This document shows, one piece after another, positions 37,517-47,860 of a DNA stretch of 64,000 nucleotides. Within the stretch, counting starts at the first letter, position 1, and each line of letters begins with the position of its first letter. The notes beneath the pieces are model-generated. The model did no database searches. It had not been told where the DNA came from and was given only the letters and a program-made list of their open reading frames with translations. Position numbers and translations under genes: made by a program. The stretch lies in sequence record DRR723986_7955; one strand, given 5' to 3'.

Positions 37517-38632
37517 TTAGATTAAAACCTTAACGATTGTTTTGGTTTTATTTATGGTTTCCTCCCATTCTTTTTGCGCATTAGAATCTTTAGTAATTCC
37601 GCCACCAACATAAATTATTGCTTTTTCATCTTTAATTTGGGCGCATCTTAGGTTTACGTAAAAATTAGAATTTGTTTTTACAACAGCATAGGCATTATTC
37701 TCTACATTTCTTCTATTAGTATTTCGAGTTTTAGATTCTTTAATATTTAACTCACCTAAAAAACCAGTGTAAAAACCTCGTTGATAATTCTCATGTTTCA
37801 AAATAAATTCCTTGGCTTCTTTTTTTGGAAATCCACAGACTGCAGGTGTTGGGTGCAACGCATTTATTACAGATTTTAAATCGGCATTTTGATTAATAAC
37901 GCATTTAATTCTAGACTTTAAATGAAGTAAATTTCCTGCCCTAACAGTTTCTACGTCAGACATGTGTAATTGATTAGTATATGGTCTAATCTGATCTACA
38001 ATATAATCTGTAACAATCTGCTGTTCTTCAATTTCTTTTGTCGTCCATAAAACTTCCTGATCTTTGTTTAATGCCTGCGTACCTGCCAATGATATGGTAG
38101 TAAGTTCTTTGCCTACTACTTTAAACAATAATTCTGGTGTTGCACCTACCCATAGTCCAACTTTAGGGTGATACCAACAATAAACCATTGCATTTTTATA
38201 GTTATTGAATAAGCGTTTAAAAATTTCGATTGGACCTATTTTTTCTAACGGTCGTTCTATAGAATGAGACAAAACAACTTTATCTAATTTTCCTGATTTA
38301 ATAGATGAAATACCCTTAGACACAAGTTTAACGTGTTGTTCTTCATTCTCTGTAGAGATACCAAGCAATTGCTCACTACTCTTTACTTTTAAATCAGAAA
38401 TCTCAAGTATATTTTGCTTGCAAAATGCTGTTGGCAACAATACGGCTGATTGTTCTAAATCGAAAGGTGCAAATACAAATCCACTTTCAGAAAAATCGTT
38501 GGACTCATGTAGTGTATCATTATCTTGCAACCAACACTTTATTACAGAATTTATTGGTCTACTATAAACAACAAACGGAAGTTGGTTTGCGTATTGTTTT
38601 TCTAAAATATCAAAAAATGAACTCTCATTCAT
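37517..38632 (-). CDS. menF: Isochorismate synthase
   Basis: KVVLS, GATPELL, SLAGT, KEIEEQ, LHPTPAVCG, YVGGGIT; men context. Confidence 0.85.
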   Translation of the reverse strand: MNESSFFDILEKQYANQLPFVVYSRPINSVIKCWLQDNDTLHESNDFSESGFVFAPFDLEQSAVLLPTAFCKQNILEISDLKVKSSEQLLGISTENEEQHVKLVSKGISSIKSGKLDKVVLSHSIERPLEKIGPIEIFKRLFNNYKNAMVYCWYHPKVGLWVGATPELLFKVVGKELTTISLAGTQALNKDQEVLWTTKEIEEQQIVTDYIVDQIRPYTNQLHMSDVETVRAGNLLHLKSRIKCVINQNADLKSVINALHPTPAVCGFPKKEAKEFILKHENYQRGFYTGFLGELNIKESKTRNTNRRNVENNAYAVVKTNSNFYVNLRCAQIKDEKAIIYVGGGITKDSNAQKEWEETINKTKTIVKVLI

Positions 38633-38638
38633 TAAACT

Positions 38639-39061
38639 CTAATTTTTTGGAAGTGAAATTGTAGATAACCTACAAATAGAAATTAGATTATCTTTTTCAT
38701 CAGTAATTCTAATATCTAGAAGTTGTGTAGTACGGCCTTTGTGTAAAAAAGTAGCTTTTGCATAAACAAATCCTTCTTTAACACTTTTAAGATGATTTGC
38801 AGTAATTTCGAGCCCTCTTACAAAAAGTTTGTCCGTATCAATAAAAATATGGGAAGCAAAACTACCTACACTTTCAGCTAATGCAGCTGTTGCACCACCG
38901 TGCAAAACACCATCTGGCTGATGCACTTTTGGTGTAACTGGCATACGTGCTATTAAATAATTATCTCCGTAATCTACCATTTCTATGTCCAAAGTTTCCA
39001 TCAAGGTATTTTTACTTACCGCATTAACTTTGGCTAAAAATTCTTCTTTAGATTTTTGCAT
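38639..39061 (-). CDS. menI: Hotdog thioesterase (probable DHNA-CoA thioesterase)
   Basis: HQPDGVLHGGATAALAESVGS, ANHL; directly upstream of menF; TATCTTTG at 39090-39097. Confidence 0.72.
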   Translation of the reverse strand: MQKSKEEFLAKVNAVSKNTLMETLDIEMVDYGDNYLIARMPVTPKVHQPDGVLHGGATAALAESVGSFASHIFIDTDKLFVRGLEITANHLKSVKEGFVYAKATFLHKGRTTQLLDIRITDEKDNLISICRLSTISLPKN

Positions 39062-39115
39062 AGAAAAACAGTATTTTTAAAGTCGATTGCAAAGATACTG
39101 AATCCACTAAGAATA

Positions 39116-39754
39116 ATGAATTCAGACGAAAAAGAAATCAATTAAAATACTACAAACTCTTATTCCACTCTAAATAGCTTTTCAGATAAAACTAAAAATG
39201 TCTGGTTTGTTTGTCATGGTATGGGATATTTAAGTAGGTATTTTTTAAGGTATTTTTAAAGCTTAGATTCTGATGAAAACTATATAATTGCACCGCAGGC
39301 ACCAAGTAAATATTATATTCAACCCAAAATGCATGTTGGAGCAAATTGGCTCACTCGAGACAATACAAGTACTGATATGCAGAATATTTTAAACTATTTT
39401 GATGCCATTTTTAATGCTGAGCAGCTTTCAAATGCACCGAATTTAATTATACTTGGTTATTCCCAAGGAGTAAGTGTCGCTATGAGATATATGAGTCAAC
39501 GCAAAATACAATGCCAACAACTTATATTGCACTCTGGTGGTATACCAAAAGAGCTAATAGCAACTGACTTTGAATATCTTCATAAAAACTGTAAAGTTAA
39601 ACTCATTTATGATACTGAAGATGAATATTTAAATGCAGAACGAATTTCGTTGGAAACAACCAAATCGAGGAACTTATTTGGAAATCGATTTGAAATTCTT
39701 CCATTTAATGGTAAGCATATTGTAAATGTAGACCTTATTAATTCATTGGTATGA
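39116..39754 (+). pseudogene. Alpha/beta-hydrolase (phospholipase/carboxylesterase-like) pseudogene
   Basis: ATG 39116: MNSDEKEIN*NTTNSYSTLN...WFVCHGMGYLSRYFLRYF*SLDSDENYIIAPQAPSKYY...GYSQG; in-frame TAA at 39143-39145 and 39257-39259. Confidence 0.82.
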
Positions 39755-40323
39755 AAGCGCCTATTTTAGAAACTAATAGAGTAAAACTTAGTTTATTAGA
39801 TTTAAGTAATTGTCATTATCTAAATGCTATTGCACAAGAAAAAGATCTTATCTATTACTCACCATCAGATATATCAACTCAAGAAAAACTCAGAGACTAT
39901 GTAAAAACAGCTGTTGATGGTTACTATCATAAAACGATAATACCTTTTATTGTATATGATAAGAAATCAAAAACCTATGCAGGTTCGACGCGATTTGGTC
40001 TTATTAACTGGAAGAATAAAGTACTCCATATTAGATGGACATGGATTGGTAAAAAATTTCAAGGAAAAGGTCTTAATACTCATATGAAATTCTTAATGCT
40101 TAAATATGTGTTTGAAGAAATGGGCTTCGATAAAGTAGAATTTAGGATTGATGAGCACAACTTAAAATCTAGAAAAGCAGTTGAAAAAATTGGTGCAACC
40201 TTAGAAGGAATTTTACGCAAAGACAAGCTTATGAAAGATGGCTTTAAACGCAGTACTTGTTGCTATGGTATATTAAAAGAAGAATGGCCGCATATTAAAG
40301 CGACCATTTTCTATAATTTTTAA
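39751..40323 (+). CDS. RimJ/RimL-type GNAT acetyltransferase
   Basis: GSTRF, WTWIG..FQGKGLN, KVEFRID, SRKAVEKIGATLEGILR. Confidence 0.82.
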   Translation: MKAPILETNRVKLSLLDLSNCHYLNAIAQEKDLIYYSPSDISTQEKLRDYVKTAVDGYYHKTIIPFIVYDKKSKTYAGSTRFGLINWKNKVLHIRWTWIGKKFQGKGLNTHMKFLMLKYVFEEMGFDKVEFRIDEHNLKSRKAVEKIGATLEGILRKDKLMKDGFKRSTCCYGILKEEWPHIKATIFYNF

Positions 40324-40643
40324 CTTGTCTGTTGCAATGTTTTATTCTTTTCCTTAAGCACTGCTAATTGCTTTTCTAAAAAGGTAATAGCCTCTTCTGT
40401 TTTATAACTGGCTTTAGAGGCAAAATCTTTTAAATCGATTTTAAATTTGTCTTTACCAGATTTAGCGGCTTTAGACAAATCTTCTTTAACTTCCTTAAAA
40501 TCATCAACAAATTGATTTTTTTTATCTGTTCCTTCTTTTTTTAGGTGATCTCTCGTTACACTACCTTTATCTGGCGCTAATAATACTCCTGCCGCAGCTC
40601 CTAAAATTGCACCCAAAACCAAAGCTCCTTTATACTGAATCAT
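40320..40643 (-). CDS. YtxH domain-containing protein
   Basis: GAILGAAAGVLLAPDKGSVTR followed by a charged amphipathic helix. Confidence 0.82.
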   Translation of the reverse strand: MIQYKGALVLGAILGAAAGVLLAPDKGSVTRDHLKKEGTDKKNQFVDDFKEVKEDLSKAAKSGKDKFKIDLKDFASKASYKTEEAITFLEKQLAVLKEKNKTLQQTS

Positions 40644-40830
40644 ACTTTTTCTTTTTAATTGTTCAACGTCTTTATATGATTAGTAGTGAAACTTTCTAAA
40701 TTGTTACAAACAAAGTCTATATCATATATGAGGAGAATATTTCAAAAAGACACAAAAACCATTAATCCGATTTATTTTAATTAAAGCGAATATAATATGT
40801 TGCAATAGGTTTATTGAATAATTTCCTAAC

Positions 40831-41187
40831 ATGAAACTACTCTTCACTTTTTTTACCATCTGTTTCTTATGGAATAGTAATGCTTAAATAACTAACGACG
40901 ATATGTTACACTTTGGTGTTGGAGCTGTGCTCTCTTCAGCAACATACTCAATAGTATATGCAAAAACAAAAAATTCTAAGAGGGCATTTTGGTATAGTTT
41001 GGGTGTCTCCACCTTAGCAGGTTTATCAAAAGAAATATACCTTGGTTATATTATAGACGGTCGCTTTGATAGTAGCGAATTAGTATCTACTATTGCTGGT
41101 GGATTTGTAGCTAGTTACACCTTTAATATTTTTACTGGAAAAAAGAAGAAAAAGAAACGAACTGATGTAGCTTTCTCTAATTTATAA
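40831..41187 (+). pseudogene. Small exported/membrane protein (YfiM/VanZ-like DxxLHF...KE motif), interrupted just after its signal peptide
   Basis: ATG 40831: MKLLFTFFTICFLWNSNA*ITNDDMLHFGVGA...; the TAA at 40885-40887 sits where the +1 Gln (CAA) of a Bacteroidota signal peptide is expected. Confidence 0.65.
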
Positions 41188-42124
41188 GTTTAGCTACTAT
41201 ATCTTTAACAGGTAGAATTTCTTTGGTATGTTCAATGCTTGGTCCTGCCACCCAAACCGTTTTGTACGTTGCTTTTTTGGCTGCATTTTCAGTTGCTTTC
41301 ATACCTATTGAAAACCGAATCATCTTTACCCACTTTTTAAGCTTTCTGTTCTTATTTAAAAGATTTTCAATCCATGTTGCCTTAGTACCAATTTTCTGAA
41401 CATATGGAGTGTTTATTACCGTACAAGGCGTTCCGGAGATACGCTCTGTCATTATAATATCCTCTGCACCATAGTCTACACAAGCTTGTTTGTACTCTTC
41501 TGTAACACCTGCTTCGATAGACGCAATAAAAGGACTACCAACAGAAACACCTTCAGCACCATAGCTTATCATCTTATCTATATCGGCTTTACAACCAACA
41601 CCACCAGCCGAAATAACTGGTATCGATAATTCCTTACTTAACAGATTCGTTAATTCCTCTGGAGACAGATTACCTCTGTGTCCACCTGCCTCGTTATTCA
41701 CTGCTATTGCGGCATCGGCTCCTAAACCTTCAACTTTTTTTGCAAACTTTAAATCTACAACATCGCAGAATACTTTAATTCCTGCAGCGTGAGCTTGTTT
41801 TATTGTTTCTTCAGGACTTCCTAACGATGTAATAATAAAATCACAACCCTCTTCGCAAATAACTTCTAATTGACCTTTGTACTTAATATTAGATTTGTTT
41901 ACTATGAGGTTAAACCCAAAAGAACCGCCTTCTACTTTATTAGCCTTAAGCTCTTTAATGGCTGCTCTTAGCTCATCAAGCGTTCTATAGTTTAAAGCAG
42001 GAATACAACCTGCAATTCCAGCCTTCATGGCCTCTGTTACCATGGCAACATTAGACACCAAAAACATTGGTGCTTGTATTATAGGGTATTTTATATTGAG
42101 AAGTTCAGTGAGTTTCGTTTGCAT
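41177..42124 (-). CDS. Nitronate monooxygenase/FabK-like flavin oxidoreductase
   Basis: PIIQAPM, EAGGH, PVISAGG, GSPFIAS.EA; TATATTTG at 42142-42149. Confidence 0.85.
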   Translation of the reverse strand: MQTKLTELLNIKYPIIQAPMFLVSNVAMVTEAMKAGIAGCIPALNYRTLDELRAAIKELKANKVEGGSFGFNLIVNKSNIKYKGQLEVICEEGCDFIITSLGSPEETIKQAHAAGIKVFCDVVDLKFAKKVEGLGADAAIAVNNEAGGHRGNLSPEELTNLLSKELSIPVISAGGVGCKADIDKMISYGAEGVSVGSPFIASIEAGVTEEYKQACVDYGAEDIIMTERISGTPCTVINTPYVQKIGTKATWIENLLNKNRKLKKWVKMIRFSIGMKATENAAKKATYKTVWVAGPSIEHTKEILPVKDIVAKLIN

Positions 42125-42178
42125 TAGTTTGAAAAGTTTGTCAAATATAATAAATTTTATTATGCACGCATAATAGTT

Positions 42179-43408
42179 TTACTCTAAGAAACGATAGTAA
42201 CCACATTTTAAATAGGCACCTTCCGGAAATGTAACAGGATGATCAATATCATGCTTTGTTTTTAAAAGCGTTTCAAATAGTCGTGACTGTGAATTCAAAA
42301 CCCGTTGATTTAAATCAAAGAACGATTGTGCCAGCACACGAGCAGAACATGAGGCTAATATTAATAATCCTTTTTTAGCGGTTAGTTGTTCGCCTAATTG
42401 TGCTAATTGTGCATATTTCTTTTTGGCCAAGTCTATATCTGATTGTTGTTTGGCAAAACTAGGTGGATCTATAACTACAATGTCGTATCGCTTCCCTCTC
42501 TTAATGAGATTCTTCATTTCTACAAAAGCATCACCAGAAATGGTTTTATGAATCCCTGTATAATCATTTAACTTTCCATTTTCTATAGCAATATCTAGTG
42601 CTTGTTTGCTAATATCTAAACTCGTCACTTCTTCTGCACCCTTCGCTAAAGCATGAACTGAAAAACCACCAGCGTAAGAGAAGACATCTAGCACCGATTT
42701 TCCTTTGCTTAACTCGCCTACTCTGCGTCTATTATCTCTATGGTCTAAAAAATAGCCTGTCTTATGACCTTTAATGACGTTGGCAGAAAACTTTACTCCA
42801 TGTTCTACAAACTCTACCACCTCATTCTCGAGTTCACCGTAAACAACATCACCATCACTGAGTTTGTGAATTTTTGAATTCTGAAGATTTCGACTTAAAC
42901 GCAAAACCGCACATTTTGCCATGGACACTTTTTGTAAACTTGATAAGATGTCATTGAAATATGGTAACCATATTTCTGAATATAATTTCACTACCAAAAC
43001 AGAATCATAAACATCAGCAATTAAACCAGGGAAACCATCATTCTCACCAAAAATTAATCTGTAACTATTGGTATTGGTTTCCAATAATTCTGAACGTTTC
43101 TCTAGAGCAATTTCTATTTTATGATGAAAAAACTCAGCATTAATTTCTACTTTAGTTTCAGCATTATGAATGATCTTAATTCGAATTGGTGAATTACCAT
43201 CATACAACCCTATTCCAATCACTTTGTTCTTATTCTTACTAAAAATAATTGCCAAATCACCTGTAGAAGCATCATCATTAATCTTAACAATACTATTAGA
43301 AAAAACCCAAGGATGTCCTTTAACGACAGATTGTTCTCCTTTTGAATTAAGCTTTACAGCCAATCGTTTAGGATTATAATTAGATTTCAATTTATCAGAA
43401 AAGTACAT
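42179..43408 (-). CDS. RlmI/RlmK-like class I SAM-dependent rRNA methyltransferase
   Basis: GHPWVFS PUA-like N-terminus, ENDGFPGL, GHKTGYFLDHR, DVFSYAGGF, IDPPSF. Confidence 0.85.
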   Translation of the reverse strand: MYFSDKLKSNYNPKRLAVKLNSKGEQSVVKGHPWVFSNSIVKINDDASTGDLAIIFSKNKNKVIGIGLYDGNSPIRIKIIHNAETKVEINAEFFHHKIEIALEKRSELLETNTNSYRLIFGENDGFPGLIADVYDSVLVVKLYSEIWLPYFNDILSSLQKVSMAKCAVLRLSRNLQNSKIHKLSDGDVVYGELENEVVEFVEHGVKFSANVIKGHKTGYFLDHRDNRRRVGELSKGKSVLDVFSYAGGFSVHALAKGAEEVTSLDISKQALDIAIENGKLNDYTGIHKTISGDAFVEMKNLIKRGKRYDIVVIDPPSFAKQQSDIDLAKKKYAQLAQLGEQLTAKKGLLILASCSARVLAQSFFDLNQRVLNSQSRLFETLLKTKHDIDHPVTFPEGAYLKCGYYRFLE

Positions 43409-43451
43409 TTTCAAATTATATTTAGTATTACAAAGAAACATTTATTAAAAC

Positions 43452-43481
43452 AAAAAACGCAATCATTTCTGATTGCGTTTT
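43452..43481 (-). terminator. Intrinsic terminator downstream of dnaK
   Basis: AAAAAACGCAATCA-TTTC-TGATTGCGTTTT. Confidence 0.8.
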
Positions 43482-43523
43482 CTTTTAAATGAGATTCTGA
43501 AACTATTTCAGAATGACAAATTG

Positions 43524-45428
43524 TTACTTCACTTCTTCGAAATCTACATCTTCAACATCGCTACCTTCGTCAGCAGGTTGATCTTGTGCTCCTGCTTCCG
43601 GCCCTGCTGCGCCACCTTGAGCTTCAGCTTGCGCTTTGTACATTTCTTCACTAGCTACTTTCCAAGCCTCATTAATCTTTTCTAAAGCTGGTTCTATAAC
43701 TGCTATATCTCTAGTTTCGTATGCTTTCTTCAATTCTTCAAGTGCATCTTCAATTGGTTTTTTCTTATCATCTGATAATTTATCACCAAATTCTTTAAGC
43801 TGACTTTCAGTTTGGAAAATCATAGCATCTGCCTGATTCAGTTTATCAGCAGTCTCTTTTGCTTTAGCATCTGCCTCTGCATTTGCTTCTGCTTCCTGCT
43901 TCATCTTTTGGATTTCCTCTTCTGTTAATCCTGAAGACGCTTCAATTCTAATATCCTGAGACTTACCTGTTGCTTTATCTGTTGCTGATACTTTAATAAT
44001 ACCGTTAGCATCAATATCAAACGTTACTTCAATCTGAGGTGTTCCTCGTCTTGCTGGTGGAATTCCATCTAAGTGGAAACGACCTATCGTTTTGTTATCT
44101 GCTGCCATAGGACGCTCACCCTGTAAAACATGAATTTCTACCGATGGCTGATTATCTGCTGCTGTTGAGAATACTTGAGATTTCTTTGTTGGAATCGTTG
44201 TATTCGCATCAATTAACTTGGTCATTACATTACCCATAGTTTCTATACCAAGAGATAATGGTGTAACGTCTAATAAAAGAACATCTTTTACATCACCTGT
44301 TAATACACCACCTTGTATACCAGCTCCTAAAGAAACAACTTCATCTGGGTTAACTCCTTTACTTGGTGCTTTACCAAAGAACTTTTCAACAGCTGCTTGT
44401 ACTGCAGGAATACGTGTAGAACCACCTACAAGGATAACTTCATCAATATCAGATTTAGACAATCCTGCTGCTTTTAATGCAGTTTCACAAGGCTCAATAG
44501 TACGTTTGATTAAATCATCAATTAACTGCTCAAATTTAGAACGTGTTAATGTACGTACTAAGTGCTTTGGTCCACTAGCTGTAGCCGTTACATAAGGTAA
44601 GTTGATTTCTGTCTGAGCAGAAGACGATAATTCAATCTTTGCTTTTTCAGCAGCTTCCTTAAGACGTTGTAAAGCCATTGGGTCTTTACGTAAGTCCATA
44701 TCTTCGTCCTTAATAAACTCTTCTGCTAACCAATCAATAATTCTTTCATCTACATCGTCACCACCTAAGTGCGTATCACCATCAGTAGATAATACTTCAA
44801 ATACACCATCACCAAGTTCTAAAATAGATACGTCATGTGTACCACCACCAAAATCGAATACTACGATTTTCTGATCTGTACCTTTCTTATCCATTCCATA
44901 GGCTAATGCTGCTGCAGTAGGTTCGTTAATGATACGTCTTACTTTTAAACCAGCAATTTCACCTGCTTCTTTAGTTGCCTGACGCTGAGCATCATTAAAA
45001 TATGCTGGCACTGTAATAACAGCCTCAGACACATCTTGTCCTAAATAATCTTCAGCAGTTTTCTTCATTTTTTGAAGAATCATTGCTGATAATTCTTGTG
45101 GTGTATATAAACGATCATCAATATCTACTCTAGGTGTATCGTTATCTCCTTTAACTACTTTATATGGAACGCGTTCTGCTTCTTTCTTAGACTCAGAATA
45201 TTTATTACCCATAAAACGCTTAATAGAATAAACCGTTTTTGTTGGGTTAGTTACTGCCTGTCTTTTTGCTGGATCACCAACTTTAATTTCACCACCTTCT
45301 ACGAAAGCGATAACCGAAGGTGTAGTTCTCTTACCTTCAGCGTTTGGGATTACAACTGGCTCATTACCTTCCATTACAGAAACGCAAGAGTTGGTTGTTC
45401 CTAAATCAATTCCAATAATTTTACTCAT
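43524..45428 (-). CDS. dnaK: Chaperone DnaK (Hsp70)
   Basis: [46 protein letters not shown]. Confidence 0.98.
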   Translation of the reverse strand: MSKIIGIDLGTTNSCVSVMEGNEPVVIPNAEGKRTTPSVIAFVEGGEIKVGDPAKRQAVTNPTKTVYSIKRFMGNKYSESKKEAERVPYKVVKGDNDTPRVDIDDRLYTPQELSAMILQKMKKTAEDYLGQDVSEAVITVPAYFNDAQRQATKEAGEIAGLKVRRIINEPTAAALAYGMDKKGTDQKIVVFDFGGGTHDVSILELGDGVFEVLSTDGDTHLGGDDVDERIIDWLAEEFIKDEDMDLRKDPMALQRLKEAAEKAKIELSSSAQTEINLPYVTATASGPKHLVRTLTRSKFEQLIDDLIKRTIEPCETALKAAGLSKSDIDEVILVGGSTRIPAVQAAVEKFFGKAPSKGVNPDEVVSLGAGIQGGVLTGDVKDVLLLDVTPLSLGIETMGNVMTKLIDANTTIPTKKSQVFSTAADNQPSVEIHVLQGERPMAADNKTIGRFHLDGIPPARRGTPQIEVTFDIDANGIIKVSATDKATGKSQDIRIEASSGLTEEEIQKMKQEAEANAEADAKAKETADKLNQADAMIFQTESQLKEFGDKLSDDKKKPIEDALEELKKAYETRDIAVIEPALEKINEAWKVASEEMYKAQAEAQGGAAGPEAGAQDQPADEGSDVEDVDFEEVK

Positions 45429-45481
45429 AATTAGTATGTATGTTATGTTGTGTTTTAATTTTTTAACTCGCCATCAATAAG

Positions 45482-45496
45482 TCAAGTATTATGCCA
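45482..45496 (-). promoter_or_regulatory. Putative sigma54-type -24/-12 promoter for dnaK
   Basis: Minus strand TGGCAT-AATAC-TTGA versus consensus TGGCAC-N5-TTGC. Confidence 0.45.
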
Positions 45497-45521
45497 TGTC
45501 AAAAAATGTGACATGATGTCA
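45497..45521. promoter_or_regulatory. TGTCA/TGACA inverted-repeat operator array
   Basis: TGTCA (45497) - N7 - TGACA (45509) - TGA - TGTCA (45517-45521). Confidence 0.5.
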
Positions 45522-45558
45522 TATTTTAATTAAAAAATATCTGGTAATTCCTGCAGTT

Positions 45559-45573
45559 TGGTACGTGCTTTGA
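45559..45573 (+). promoter_or_regulatory. Putative sigma54-type -24/-12 promoter for the divergent lipoprotein gene
   Basis: TGGTAC-GTGCT-TTGA, 25 nt upstream of ATG 45599. Confidence 0.4.
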
Positions 45574-45598
45574 TGTATAATTGAAAAAACTATTTATT

Positions 45599-46087
45599 AT
45601 GAGACGTATATTATCCTTTATTTCTGTATTTGCATTATTACTAACCGCTTGTGAAGGCGATCCTGGTCCCCCAGGACTTGATGGACAAAATAGTATTAAT
45701 ATTGTAGCCCAATCATTTGAAACCAACGAGCTTGATTTTTTGCCTGAGAACAGTTTTGAAAACACAATTCCCTACCCTGAAAATATTGAAATACTAGATA
45801 CTGATATGATATTGGTGTATCTATTATGGAATGAAGACCCAGACAACTGGAGACTTTTACCTCAAACTATATATACCGAAACTGGTGAGTTTCAATATAA
45901 TTTTCAGGACAATTTCACTGGTGTAAGTATTTTTTTAGATGCTCCGGCAAATTTTGACTTTGATACATTATTACCTGGTGACACTTTAAATCAAATTTTT
46001 AGAGTAGTTATTTTACCAGTAGATTTAGTTAACAATAACAACATAGATATTGGCAACTACCAAGAAGTTATAGAGTACATTCAATAA
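45599..46087 (+). CDS. Lipoprotein with short collagen-like G-X-Y stretch
   Basis: LLTAC lipobox followed by EGDPGPPGLDGQN; WRLLPQT and QIFRVVILP motifs typical of a Flavobacteriaceae lipoprotein family. Confidence 0.75.
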   Translation: MRRILSFISVFALLLTACEGDPGPPGLDGQNSINIVAQSFETNELDFLPENSFENTIPYPENIEILDTDMILVYLLWNEDPDNWRLLPQTIYTETGEFQYNFQDNFTGVSIFLDAPANFDFDTLLPGDTLNQIFRVVILPVDLVNNNNIDIGNYQEVIEYIQ

Positions 46088-46111
46088 CATTTCAAAATTT
46101 AGACTACTAAC

Positions 46112-46139
46112 AAAGCCTGATTTGAATAAATCAGGCTTT
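46112..46139. terminator. Bidirectional intrinsic terminator
   Basis: AAAGCCTGATTT-GAAT-AAATCAGGCTTT between convergent genes. Confidence 0.78.
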
Positions 46140-46177
46140 ATTTATACTATTGTTGTTAAGATTTTTCAAATTCACTG

Positions 46178-46636
46178 TTACCTAGGACATTCTTCTCTTC
46201 TTCTTGTATCTACTAAGTAGATAATTTTCCAGGTGTCTTCTTCTTTTATTAATTGAAAAGAATTAACTCCACAATGACTAAACTTTCCATTATACCAAAA
46301 CTCATATGGAGTCCATGCATTAGCCATTTCACCATCGACATTAATCGTAAAACTTAGTAATTTTTCTTCAAAAATTCTACCTTGAGGTATGCTAGCAATG
46401 TTTCTGACAAAATCGTCATATTTACTTTCTTGCAAAACTGTTTCTCCTTCTTTATTTACAGATATAGATTGCATTTTTATATTACCCTTTGCCATTGACT
46501 TTAATGCGGTAGTATCTTGTTTATGAAAAGCCTCAAAAAAAGAAATAATAGTCTGCTTAACATTTTCATTTTCGGATTCTTGAGATTGTGCTGACAAACT
46601 AATACAAAACAACAAGAGTATAACTACGTTTTTCAT
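46178..46636 (-). CDS. Secreted NTF2-like fold protein
   Basis: Signal peptide; FFEAFHKQDT, ANAWTPYEF..NGKFSHCGVNSFQL, WKIIYLVDTRR. Confidence 0.75.
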   Translation of the reverse strand: MKNVVILLLFCISLSAQSQESENENVKQTIISFFEAFHKQDTTALKSMAKGNIKMQSISVNKEGETVLQESKYDDFVRNIASIPQGRIFEEKLLSFTINVDGEMANAWTPYEFWYNGKFSHCGVNSFQLIKEEDTWKIIYLVDTRRREECPR

Positions 46637-46744
46637 AAGGATGATATTTTGACTCAAATTACAGATTCATTAGTATTTCTATCTTAGATTAAACAAAAGT
46701 TTAACAAAACTCATTATTTTTACGGACCACATAAATAGTTAAAT

Positions 46745-47563
46745 ATGTCAGTAGCCAAAAACGAATATAAAAGAATTACAGTAAAGACTTTAGTTGACAT
46801 GAAATCTAAAGGCGAAAAAATATCTATGCTTACCGCTTATGATTATACCATGGCTAAAATCGTTGATGGTGCTGGTGTTGATGTTATTTTAGTCGGTGAT
46901 TCTGCCAGTAATGTTATGGCAGGTCATGAAACTACATTACCTATTACATTAGATCAGATGATCTATCATGCTTCTTCAGTAATTAGGGCAATTGATCGTT
47001 GTTTAGTTGTTGTTGATTTACCATTTGGAACCTATCAAAGTGACCCAAAAGAGGCATTACGTTCTGCAATTAGGATTATGAAAGAATCTGGTGGACATGC
47101 TGTTAAAATGGAAGGTGGAAAAGAGATTAAGGAGTCTATAAAACGCATATTAAATGCAGGAATACCAGTAATGGGACATTTAGGACTAACTCCGCAATCT
47201 ATATATAAATTTGGAACGTACACTGTAAGAGCTAAAGAAGAACAAGAAGCACAACAATTAAAAGAAGATGCTTTAATGTTAGAAAAAGCTGGTTGTTTTG
47301 CAATTGTACTCGAAAAAATACCTGCGGCATTAGCCAAAGAAGTGGCGGAAAGTGTTTCTATTCCTGTTATTGGTATTGGAGCTGGTGATGGTGTAGACGG
47401 CCAAGTATTAGTACTGCATGACATGATAGGAATGACTCATGAGTTTAATCCACGCTTTTTACGTCGTTATATGAATTTATATGAGGACATGACCAAGGCT
47501 ATTGGGCAATATGTTGATGATGTAAAATCACAGGATTTTCCTAATGAAAAGGAACAATACTAA
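46745..47563 (+). CDS. panB: 3-methyl-2-oxobutanoate hydroxymethyltransferase
   Basis: [45 protein letters not shown]. Confidence 0.96.
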   Translation: MSVAKNEYKRITVKTLVDMKSKGEKISMLTAYDYTMAKIVDGAGVDVILVGDSASNVMAGHETTLPITLDQMIYHASSVIRAIDRCLVVVDLPFGTYQSDPKEALRSAIRIMKESGGHAVKMEGGKEIKESIKRILNAGIPVMGHLGLTPQSIYKFGTYTVRAKEEQEAQQLKEDALMLEKAGCFAIVLEKIPAALAKEVAESVSIPVIGIGAGDGVDGQVLVLHDMIGMTHEFNPRFLRRYMNLYEDMTKAIGQYVDDVKSQDFPNEKEQY

Positions 47564-47599
47564 ACTTTCATTTAGTTTTCTAACAAAATTTAATAACCT

Positions 47600-47860
47600 G
47601 TGATATATAAAAATTGGTCGTTTAGAATCTTTATATATTCCGTGATTCTTATTATAGTATCATTCATAATTGAGGTTAACTACGTTACACTCTTATTTCA
47701 CTTTTCAGTAACAATAGGTTTTGTTTTTGGAGTAATTTCCATACTAAAAAAAGAAAACAATGATTACAAAAAATATATTGGTTTTGTAGGTAACCTTGTC
47801 CTACTTATTATTATAATTTACCTCAATATTTTTATTCTCAACTTTTTAAACTATGTCTAA
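47600..47860 (+). CDS. Small hydrophobic (about 3 TM) hypothetical protein
   Basis: 86-aa very AT-rich ORF filling the panB-rluA gap; GTG start. Confidence 0.45.
   Translation: MIYKNWSFRIFIYSVILIIVSFIIEVNYVTLLFHFSVTIGFVFGVISILKKENNDYKKYIGFVGNLVLLIIIIYLNIFILNFLNYV

Noticed and set aside
17650-41187. TAA stop-codon reassignment or suppression as the explanation for the interrupted genes
   Set aside because: The five TAAs stand in for four different expected residues (E, Y, K, Q), and TAA is the normal terminator of many intact genes in the window.
43473-45765. ORFs 43473-43685 (+), 44218-44595 (+) and 45526-45765 (-)
   Set aside because: Antisense shadows of dnaK and of the lipoprotein gene.
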